Shown here: positions 20,764-30,984 of the stretch, in pieces
How the letters are laid out: each line of letters starts with the position of its first letter
Numbering within the stretch: position 1 is the first letter of the stretch
NCBI GenBank assembly: GCA_946965045.2
Contig: OX337233.1
Location: forward strand, 868,001-932,000
Reading direction: 5' to 3'
Length of the DNA stretch: 64,000 bases
DNA from: Epithemia pelagica
Taxonomy: Eukaryota > Protista > Bacillariophyta
Made by a program: the position numbers and the translations under genes
Notes under the pieces: generated by a model
Database searches by the model: none
The model's input: only the letters and a program-made list of their open reading frames with translations
Told to the model about the DNA's origin: nothing

Positions 20764-23700
20764 ATGAAGTTGTCAGCTGCCGTCGTTTTTCTTGCTGCGA
20801 CTATCCACAAGAATGCCGCCGTGGAAGATAGTACGCATTTGGTGTTTCCCGCTCCAGAACCGGATCCAAGCTACCAGGTAAGTACAGTCAGCAAACGTTG
20901 TTTCACCACTCGAACAGGTCACACTAATCATGAAGTGCACAGAAATGTGGTCTCGACTATCCAGCCGACCACCATATCGCCTGCCAAAATCCCGACTATC
21001 CGAATTGCGAAGGTTCGAAACACGGAGTTTCGTGGGGAAGGTGCTTTGCGCGGCCTTCTCTCGAGACACTTGCGGTCGATCCTAGGTACCAAAGATGCGG
21101 ACGGGACTTTGGGAACGCTAACTTTGGCAATGAATGTCAGGATCCTGACTACCCTGACTGCATTCGGGGCTTTTGCTATGCAAGGTCAACGAATCCCATG
21201 CCTCTAGATCCTGAAGCTGCCCAACCTGACCCCAGTGGACAGAACTGTCATACGGACTACACCGGTCGGGGCAACATTCATCACTGCCAAGACCCCATCT
21301 ATCCTATTTGCGAAGGTCACATCGTTGGGAAGCAGTGGGGCAAGTGCTTGTCGAATTCCACTGATGGAATTAAACTCTTGGATGACCCCGCAGTGAAAGC
21401 AGGTGTTGTGTACGAGCAAGAAATGATCATTTCCCATAATGAAAGCGATCCAAAACTTACGGTCCATGAAGGTCCTGAAATCGCTGGCGTGGAGACTTGG
21501 AGTGATGCCTTTCACTTTTGTTTGGCAAAGGGCCGAAGGCTCCCATATCGCACCGAGTGGTGCAATGGAAAATGGAATCACTATGTTGGAAGTGATGTTT
21601 GGGGAGGGCGTGTGCCAGGACCCCAGCACAAGTGGACTGCCGTTGTGGACAACTACAATCTAGGCACGCTGCTTCAGCTTGCAGACACTGTTTCTGCGAG
21701 CGGCGTTAGCGAAGTCTGCAAGACGTACCTTCCCGGTCCGATTGTATACCCTGAGAAAAAGATCTTCGATCCGTTCTGCAAGAAACCGGATAGCTGCGAG
21801 GACAAGGACTGTTCGTTCGAATGTCCAGCCGATGCGAAGATGGGCTTCTACCCTGATCCCAATGACTGCCAAGCCGTTTGCTACTGTTCTGGATCTGAGA
21901 TTGGTTCGTTTTGGGAAAAGGTAACAGAAGATGAGACAGAAGTTTGGGATCCATGGTGTCAAGATTCGAGGCCTCTTGACAGAGACAACGTGCCTTTGGG
22001 GTAGGTATCTCACCAGCTGTGAGAGTATACTGTGGTGGTCGTTTTGTGAACGTTCTTCTAACTCATTTTTTTAATTTTGTACACTGCCAGAGGTATGGAC
22101 GGAGGCTGTAAGGCCAAAGATTTATATGTGGATGATAAGAGCTACTGCAATGGCAATTCCAACGAGCAGAGGAAACTTTGGTTGCGTGATGAAGTTCTCA
22201 TTGACCCAGGCTATCAGCCATCCATTGATACCGTCATGTGTGTGAAATCCGCAAAATTTGATCGGTCCGAACTGAACCCCACCTGCGCTGCTGCTTGGGG
22301 TGATCCCCGTAAGTTCACTGTGTTGGCTTGAAGTGCAGCAGTCAAAAACACGACAGTAGAAGGATATTTTTGGTCATCTTACCTACTCGTTTTGTGTCAG
22401 ATATTGTCACCTACGATGGGCTTCGTTACAGCTGCCAAGGACAAGGCGATCATATCCTTGCAAAATCTCTTAACTCGACCTTTGAATTGCAAGGAAAGTT
22501 CAAGAAGCCTTTCGACAATTCGATCAAAGGCGTGACGGTTATGACTGGATTCCATTTGAGAACTGGAAATCTCAATGAACCCGATGTTGAGTTTGATATC
22601 AGTACCTTGCACCGTAAATGGTGGATTGGCGGAAACCCGGTAAGTCACCTCTAAGTGAAGCATGTGTGTCAATAAACAAATCAAGGCAGTGCTCCTAACT
22701 TTTTTGTTCCATTCTTTTCCATCGAAGAACGACGGGATTGATCGGAACTATGGTCAACTTGGCACCCTAACTACTGGTACACCACACCTCCAGTACTTTC
22801 GCTCTCGCGGTGTTCGCATGTTCTACTATCCAAAGTCCCGGATTCAGCTGATGATTACCTACAATTTCCATAGCCGCGATAGACTTGGACACTACATTAA
22901 CATTGAATTGTGTCTTCCCGATGAACTCAAGGAAGAGCGTATAATTGGGTTATTTGGTTCTCCGGATGCCACCAGTGAGAATGATTGGATGGACGAGGCC
23001 GCAGCTGCACTTAACATCACCGATACAAAGTGGGAGGAGGCATTCAACTACTGTAAGGAAAATTGGTGTATCAAAGATGAAAGCAATAACAGATTCCATA
23101 ACAAGTTCACCTGCGACGATGAGTATGACCCTACTCTTGAGAACTTAGTCAAGAATTTGGACCCAACCTCTCCATTGCATGGCATTTGTGGAAGTGATCC
23201 AGAATGTCTCACGGACGGACTGGCAGGCGGTGTGGAAGTTGCAGCGCACACCAAGCGACAGCAGAGTGCCTTGAACATACCTGAAACGCCGGTGGAGCCA
23301 CCGGAGGAACCAGAAGAGGAGAGGATGGAGGAGGAGGAACAGAAAAGGTGTCTGGAGGAGGAAGAACACAAGCCAGAACCTACGAGCAACAAAGGAAGTG
23401 GCAGTGGTGATCCTCATTTCAAGACGGTAAGCTGAAATTTGTTTACTCATTGCATATCTGCTGGCTTTGACACAGCCCTGACAAACTTTCTTTTCTTGTA
23501 CTGTAACGCGTCCAGTGGACTGGTGACAAATTTGACTATCACGGGGAGTGTGATCTTGTATTAGTCGATAACCCCTCTTTCAACAATGGACAAGGAATGA
23601 AGCTTCACATCCGCACAACGCGTGTTCGATATTTTTCTTTTATCGAGAAGATTGCTCTTCAGATTGGCACTGATGTATTGGAGTTTGCCAACGATGCGGA

Positions 23701-24280
23701 GAAATTTTTGATCAACGGGGAAATGGCTGAATCCAACAAGAAATACCACAAAACCATGCTTGGTGGTTTTGTGGTACGCCGTGATCCTAAAGCTCTTTCG
23801 GTTCGCCTCCGGGACGGAAGTGGCCCGCACAAACGTATTGGCGCCGCCAAGATCGACTTTCATACTCGCAAAAATGGTTTCCCTGCTGTAGTTGTAGATG
23901 GAGGAAGCAGTGACATATTCCAGGGTAGCTTGGGTCTTTTGGGTGAATGGAGTACAGGGAAAAAGGTTGGGCGAGACGGCAAGACAGAGTTCATTGTCAG
24001 CGGCCCCACAGACGAAGATGGTGCCACTGCATTTGCCTTGGAATGGCAGGTTCGTGAGAGCGAGCCCATGTTGTTCAACGATTCGCGCTTTCCTCAGTTC
24101 CCACACACTTGCACTCCCCCTGCGAAGCGATCAGGACGATTGGGAGACTCTGCGCTCCGCAAGGAAGCCGAGGAAGCCTGCTCGCACTGGAAGGCGGATA
24201 AGGATGATTGCATCTTCGACGTGATTGCAACCCGAGATGTGTTGGTTGCGGAAGAAGGGCATATTGTGCATGTGGAATGA
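20764..24280 (+). CDS. Multi-exon secreted protein with Cys-rich region and two von Willebrand factor D (VWD) domains
   Basis: Signal-peptide-like MKLSAAVVFLAA. Splicing intron 22309-22400 gives WGDPHIVTYDGLRYSCQGQG; splicing intron 23427-23515 gives GSGDPHFKTWTGDKFDYHGECDLVL. The 5' exon structure is uncertain. Confidence 0.8.
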
Positions 24281-25239
24281 GGGAATGAGGCGATGTGAGA
24301 TATGAATGGATGAAAGGATGAGATCACCTTTGAGTTGATCTTCTTTCTGCATTATAGAACCCAAGTACATGTTAACTCTTGAATTTGTTTGAATTTAGCT
24401 CGAGTTTCTTTTTGTAGCTTAGTATTCAACGACATGTTCACTCACAATGCGAAACGAGCATTGTCCGGCCAGTTTGGTTGGGCCAATGACTGAGCCTCCT
24501 TGAATTTGGTCAGGTGTGTTTATGAAGGAGTTTCAAATTTGGCTGTGGTGGTTCTCGGGGTTGTCGTGTCACCATTAGAATTTTGGCTGTGCTGGTCTTT
24601 GTTTCATTTCTCCGTGGTCTTTCGGAGAAGCACAATGCCATCAACTACCATGCAGTGCGTGAAGCGGCGGTGGCTTCAAGTCTTCGTGTTGGAAAGGAGG
24701 ATACCGAAACCGACCTCTGGTAGATTTATATTCAGCAAGATTCTACCGCGTGAAACTCACAATGCCCTGATTTCTGAGTTGTACAAAAGAACATAAATTG
24801 TGGCAAAAGCGTCAACCGTGGTTCGTTCACGACAGTAAAAGGTAACATGGAAAGTCGTCACTGCCTCTTTCGCAGAAGAACGGAGGACACAAACCTTTAT
24901 TGGGGTAGATTTGCTTTGTGATCCGGATGAGACCACTCTGTGTCATGTTTTGCTGATCTTTGCATGCACGTGGGCATGTCGGGGAATCCAGATTCTAGAT
25001 CGTCGCTTGTTCTCGTCGTTGAAACCAACGCAGCAAAATCACGGTCGTTCGTCATGGCAAACCGGTAACAGTTTACGGTCCGTGGTGGGTGTTCTGGCTG
25101 GGATGATGCCAATGAATCCCGTCTTCCATGGAAATAAGCCCCAGACGCTATAGCCCCAGACGCTATAACCATCCCCTCAAGGTCGGAAATCGAGGAACGT
25201 CTTTACTTGGACCACATTCGTCTTGCTCGTGCATTTGCC

Positions 25240-25570
25240 TTTGCGCCCATCAAGCCTGCGTAATCACGATAAAAGCGAAGAAGAACCTGGCGGAGTATCC
25301 CGAAAGTGCATGTGTGAAAGATTTAGTTAACGTAGCGAGAAACCATCATCATTCATCTCGTGTTGCACACCTCACAGCAAAGCTCTATCCTGCATCTGTA
25401 CGTGTTGTATATATCTCAGACCTTGTGGTAACAGCCATTCGAAGGGAGTTTTCGTGTTGCATACCTCACAGCCAAGCTACTACTGCATCTGCGTGTGTTG
25501 TATATATCTCAGTCCTTGCTAGAAGCCATCCGAAGGGAGTTTTCGTGTTGCACACCTCACCGCCAAGCTA
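25240..25570. repeat. Dispersed repeat X with an internal ~80-bp tandem unit; inverted copy at ~42720-43000
   Basis: The unit ...GTTGTATATATCTCAG...GAAGGGAGTTTTCGTGTTGCA(T/C)ACCTCAC recurs. GTTAACGTAGCGAGAAACCATCATCATTC is found reverse-complemented near 42900-42930. Confidence 0.75.
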
Positions 25571-25969
25571 GACTACTGAATCTGTTTGCGTTGTGTGGAA
25601 GCGAGGTATGGATTGGACAAGAAGATATATCTGTTCTGCTGGACGATAACTCATCACGCCACAGAATTTTGTTACGAATACGAGACGCCATGAAGAAAAA
25701 AATTGTGGACTCGTACGATTCCCGTGTCCGTCCCAAGCAGCAGCAGCAGCAGCTGTCCAACTCGAATTTCTACCTGGAATCCATGGTTCTACCATTCCAA
25801 CGGTGTGCCACGAAATCTTGGTGGTGGTGCCATGTCACAAAACGAAGCGAGGTCCATGTGTGGAGGTTTTCCCAAGCACACTGTGCCAGAATCCAATTTG
25901 CAAAACGAAACACACCAAGGACTCCAACTGCATCGCCAAGAAGTACTATATAGACTACTACGTTGTACC

Positions 25970-26601
25970 GGCAAGTACACAATGTCGGATGGTTCCGTAG
26001 AGGATGACGATGATGCTTGTGGAGGACCTGTGGTGGCCGTGGGAGACGAGGATTGTTGTGGTTGCTGTAAGGACGAGACTTCAACCGTGTTGTTGTGATC
26101 GTGCAATTGCAAGGCTCCCCCATATAACCGCCGACCATCCGAACAGGTTAGAACGAGGCTAAAAAAGGTGGGCGACAAGGCGGTCCGACTGGGACGACAG
26201 CCTTCGGGGAAACAAAAGTAGCCGACATGTTCGGGGAATTCCATATCGGTATATGTGGTTGGTGCGGGATAACAATTGGTCACTTTGGGAACCAACAACA
26301 CGTCTTCTGGAACAGCGGTGTGGTTGGCGTTGGTGTTTCCACCCACAGGTGTTGTAGTGGTGGTAGTATTCCAGGGAGCGGCCGCATGTTGTTTGGGATC
26401 CACCGCCGTGCCCGCAGACACGACACAAAAGAAATCCACCAATCGATTGGGCAAGATGGCACCTCCCGTTGTGGTGGTGGTGGCCTCGGACGTGAATCCA
26501 TGAGGATGAGACGACGAGGAGACGATACTACTCCGTGTATCATCCACCGGTAGTGGCAAGGATCGTTCTCGATGAGGATCGTACAAGGTCAAATCCGTCA
26601 A
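25970..26601 (-). pseudogene. DENN-domain gene 5' fragment (uDENN), truncated
   Basis: RLVDFFCVV, PKVTNCYP, FPEHVGYFCFPEG, FFSLVLTCSDGRRLYGGAL. Similarity ends after IVYLP. Confidence 0.8.
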
Positions 26602-26879
26602 GGTATAATAACGGAAGACGTCCTGTTATTACCCCAGGGCATTCTGATTATAAGAAAGACAGAGCAGAGGGCAACACTTCAAACAGTTCACTTCTGTTTT
26701 CTCCCTCTGAAGAGACGGAATCGAATTCAGACGCTGTTTGTCGTTCTTTGTTCACCACTGGAGATGCGCCAAAACCGCAGCTTGTCACCCCTGCGAGAGC
26801 TCAATCGACAGCACATCAATCACCAGCTAAACGTAGGCTCCTATTTGGTCGACTGACCTCGACGAACGCTTTGAAAACG

Positions 26880-27068
26880 ACCCGAATCGATGTACGAAAT
26901 TGTCGGCCGCGGGGTTGATTTATCGACATTATGGCAAGGCGGTCATTGCTCAGTATTATCCCCACTTGACGCCCGAGTTGGTGAATGTGACCTATGTCCA
27001 ATTGTACGATACCCTCTTGCAAGCCTTGGATGCCGTCGATACCGGTGTCGAACTGGTGCCACCCGGGA
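26880..27068 (+). pseudogene. MYG1 (UPF0160) family internal fragment
   Basis: TKLSAAGLIYRHYG...QLYDTLLQALDAVDTG matches the MYG1 pattern KLSSAGLVYKHFG...IDAxDNG (recalled, not searched). Confidence 0.7.
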
Positions 27069-27859
27069 CCCTTCTCCACCATGTTGGTATATTATCCTCC
27101 TTGTGGCTTGTTTAGCCCCGGCCAATCATGGGAAGAAGGATCCGAACGTAGCGACGACAAATGCCTCCTCGGTTTGCCGTAGGGTCGGTTTTCTGGTCGT
27201 GGTGGAACACAGTACGAGGACGACGCCAGGTACTCTAGTACACACACACACACACACACAAGACGACGACGAGTCACATCACCAACAAGCCGTCCAAGTT
27301 CCATTCTTGTGTGTCTCTGCGCGCCATTCGACAATCTGTATACCCATAAATATATTCTCCATCACCACTCTCCATGGTCCCATGACAAGGAACTCCAGGC
27401 ACAACCACACAACACGGGGAGATGGTGGCAAGACCGACCGATCCTTGTGTCCTTTGGTTGATACGTATCGTCGTTGTCGTCGGTCGTCGCCATGATCCAA
27501 AAAGAGAGGACGATCCTGATGAGAAGGACGGTCGGTACGACGAGAAACTGCCAGTCTACCAACCAAACCACACGGCGAGATTGGGGACACGATCGTTCGA
27601 CGGGTGTGTGGTCGTCATGGTCGTCTGTCGTGATGTACTCTCGTAGAATGGAGGACGTTCCGCGTTGCGGAGAGAGAATGTTGCCGCTCGTTCCTTCTTG
27701 AGGGCCCGGCTCCCTACACACAAACTGAGGTCTCACCGACCGGGACACCACACAAGGTCGAAAGAAGAAGTATGGGGGGAGGCGATCCTTACGAGTACGA
27801 GGGCGGAGACTATATGTTGCGATCTTTGTGTTGGGCGCGTCGTTGGGCGTGACAATTGA

Positions 27860-28420
27860 TGCTGGCTACGAAGTGGGTGCCCGAGACGGAATGGGCGCCT
27901 TGGCGAGTCGCGTCGAGTGACCGAAGGGCGTTTCAAAAGAGCGACCAGCGAGCTTCCATAGACCACAGAACGTAGCCAACAGAACAACAACAACAAAACA
28001 ACAGAACAAAAGCAAAGAAGAGAGGAGCGAGAACCTAATATTATTGGGAGTCGAACGACTGGTCTCTCTCTATAAAAAACAGAAAGAGACACCCCGTTGT
28101 GGATCGAGAGGCACCGACACCGACCAGTTCCAAAAACAACGTAAAAGAGAGAGTGGTGGGAGACAGAAGGACGAGAGAACCACTTCAAACCACTCTCTTT
28201 AAACAGTGTGCCATTTGTTCCTCCCCCTCCTCACTATCATGTCGTCGTCATCAGCATCCACCGACCTTCCGAGGAATCCTCCTTCTTCGCATCGTCACAT
28301 GTCCTTGTTGGATTTGATTGCCTTGGGTGTGGGTGGAACCGTCGGTTCGGGCATTTTTGTCTTGAGCGGTCAAATTGCGAACTGGTATGCCAGCACGTAC
28401 AAATTGGCCAGTACCATTAA
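27860..28420 (+). pseudogene. Duplicated 5' flank and N-terminal fragment of the amino-acid permease
   Basis: ATG at 28239 gives MSSSSASTDL...MSLLDLIALGVGGTVGSGIFVLSGQIA. The upstream DNA is the reverse-complement homologue of 33592-34030. Confidence 0.85.
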
Positions 28421-28592
28421 TTCTAAGTTCCCCGAGCTATACTTAAAGAAAGATGTACGAGTAGTAAAAACGGACGATGTGTTTATAGGGCTTCAGGAGA
28501 ATGGACCGGTCAAGGACTCTCTTTGTTCTCATACGAGATTCGGAATTCGGATTCAACTTGGTTGGAGTCACATTGTGAGGACTACGAATAGA

Positions 28593-30122
28593 TTAACTCT
28601 CATCACTCTTTTGGCAGGCAGGTTGAAGGACCAGAACCGCCGAACGATACCACGTCGTGCGTCCACCTCCCTCGTTTCCCGCATCATGGTGCTCCACCTC
28701 CGCTACTTTGGCGTTCCCAATCTCTTTTTCATAACGATTATCATCATCTTCAATCTCGGCCCTTTCCTCCTCGGTAAGATCCTTCATTTCCTTGACAAAT
28801 CCATCCTTATGGGAATTATACATTACCTTATCACACCAGATATTAATCGCCTTCATATCTGCGGGGGGCTTAGTCTTTGGTTTAGTCACACTACTCCCAT
28901 CCTCCAAGATAATCTTTTCCACACCATACTCATTGTAGTAATCGTCCTCGGAGTCATAAACCTTCTGAGAAAAAAAGACAAGACACAGATCAAACATGCG
29001 GTTACCAGTGTCATCTTTGGCATGGCGCAATGCACTCAAGACGACAGCATCGCGCCCCTTCAACTTTCCAAAATCAAGGCTATCCAGCGTGTATTCGTGA
29101 TCCAAACAATATCCCAACTTTCCTGTCGGGCTTGCTTTCCATTTGGCAGCCTCAACCTCAAGCTTCTTCACCATTGACTCCAGCTGACTCGTATCCGGAA
29201 CAACACCCGTTGGATGGGGCTTGGTGACGACCAAATTGTAAACCAAACAGAACCGCCAGCCCTCAGTCACCGGCATGATTTCATGTTCACAGTCTCCATA
29301 AAATGCCATGTACCGAGACGTAGTCTCACAGTCCTCGGATATCTTGAACCGCTTGGTCTCGCCACGGTGAGACACAACACTGTCGCTGCCCTGAAAGACA
29401 CTGGGTAGCTGGAGGACCAATGTCCCAAACATGCCTTCTTGCTTAACCGTGTCCTTGTGTGCCTTGAAATGACCACCCTTTTCGTACAAAAGAACCTTGT
29501 AGAGATGGGCTTCAATGCCAAGGTTTTGGACATTTTCGTTGGAAATACCAAGCTCATAGCATGCCTGTTTGACCACGTTGGAAATCGTGTCCTTCCATCC
29601 TGTCATAGATACTTGGCTTGGATCAATCTGCCATGCCTTGCGAACCGACTCGTCCAGTAACGTTTCGGGTCCTCGTCCAAACGGGGCCTTCTCCGCCACA
29701 GTGTCTTTCACATACTTGGCCATGACCGGGTGGAGAGGCAGTGCAATCGTTCCAACACTGGCAATTTCAATCTTGGAGGTCAGTCCGGGGAGTGCAAAGG
29801 TTCCCGAAGTTGCAAAGGAGCCGGCCGGGTCAATGACATCCAAGAGTTGCTTCAAATCCGATGCGTCGTACGGTTCTGCATCCGAGTCCATGATGGCTGC
29901 CTCGTCTTGATGATCGTTGGACCTACTAGTTTGACTCAGGGCGGTGAAATCCTTGGAAGAATGAGATCGCCGAGAAAGAAGGCCCTCGTCCATCCGCCAC
30001 CTGGTTTCAGGTTTTCCCCGGCGAGGATCCAATGGTGGCAATACGGTGCTGGACCACGCTGCGAAATACCCACGGTGGACGGTGGCAAGGGCGACAAGTG
30101 AGGACCTGGCAAATGGGATCAT
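28593..30122 (-). CDS. 2OG-Fe(II) oxygenase (prolyl-hydroxylase-like), copy 1
   Basis: LYKVLLYEKGGHFKAHKDT (HxD), GTLVLQLPS, FYGDCEHEIMPVTEGWRFCLVYNL (distal H and R). Confidence 0.88.
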   Translation of the reverse strand: MIPFARSSLVALATVHRGYFAAWSSTVLPPLDPRRGKPETRWRMDEGLLSRRSHSSKDFTALSQTSRSNDHQDEAAIMDSDAEPYDASDLKQLLDVIDPAGSFATSGTFALPGLTSKIEIASVGTIALPLHPVMAKYVKDTVAEKAPFGRGPETLLDESVRKAWQIDPSQVSMTGWKDTISNVVKQACYELGISNENVQNLGIEAHLYKVLLYEKGGHFKAHKDTVKQEGMFGTLVLQLPSVFQGSDSVVSHRGETKRFKISEDCETTSRYMAFYGDCEHEIMPVTEGWRFCLVYNLVVTKPHPTGVVPDTSQLESMVKKLEVEAAKWKASPTGKLGYCLDHEYTLDSLDFGKLKGRDAVVLSALRHAKDDTGNRMFDLCLVFFSQKVYDSEDDYYNEYGVEKIILEDGSSVTKPKTKPPADMKAINIWCDKVMYNSHKDGFVKEMKDLTEEERAEIEDDDNRYEKEIGNAKVAEVEHHDAGNEGGGRTTWYRSAVLVLQPACQKSDES

Positions 30123-30984
30123 GATGGTTTGTGGATTGCTTTCTTAATTCGATGGGTCTTCTGAAAATTTGCGGTTTTCCTGAACCCCAAGTTCAGATTT
30201 GATTCGCAAAGTACACTTTACTTGATAGCAGAGGTTCCACGCTGCGAATTACGCACGGTGGACAACACGAGCGTGGGGTGATTAAGGGCGACGAGTGAGG
30301 ACCTTACACGTGGGAAGATCATGTGGATTGCAACAAGAAGCAGCAGTTGTTCCCTCTCAGGTTTTGCGGTGAGCACTGAAACTCTAGTATCGTGAATGAA
30401 GGTTACCGCCATTGATCTTCAGTCCGTTATAACACTGGAATGCCTCCATGGGTAGGCTATATACGCATGATATCCAATCCAATCCTTTCTTAAATGTCTC
30501 TGAGGAAAATCGTTTCCTTGTCCAACTCAAATCGAATCAGCACGAAAGAGCAATGATTCACACATTCCAATGGAGAAACAAGCGTGGACCGACCGCCTCT
30601 AGAGAGCATTTCGCAACAGGAGACTTGGTGGAAGGACGATATCCAATCAAGTCGTCAATATTAGAATGTCTTTGGTCATCCAAGCCAAACACGTCCACAT
30701 TGATTCTCGGAATCACTGCTTTTGATACTGCGCGTATTTAGGAGGGATGATGTGAAGCGCAAATTGTGCTCCCCCATCCAAGCTTTATTTATGGGGTGGA
30801 ACGGCTGACTACTGGATCCAAATCCTTCCACCTCGGTCATCCAAAAATGGTCTCACACTTTCCTTTTCGCCCATGGAACCAAAAAATCGCAATAAAATGA
30901 CAATTTTGGACGACTGGCACACCACACTGTGGAGTTACTGCTCCGTTTCGGTGTGTTCCTCTGTCTCACTCCCGCTCTCTTGTC

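Noticed and set aside
25770-26138. WHHH as a desaturase/hydroxylase His box
   Set aside because: A single motif with no second His box; it could be chance.
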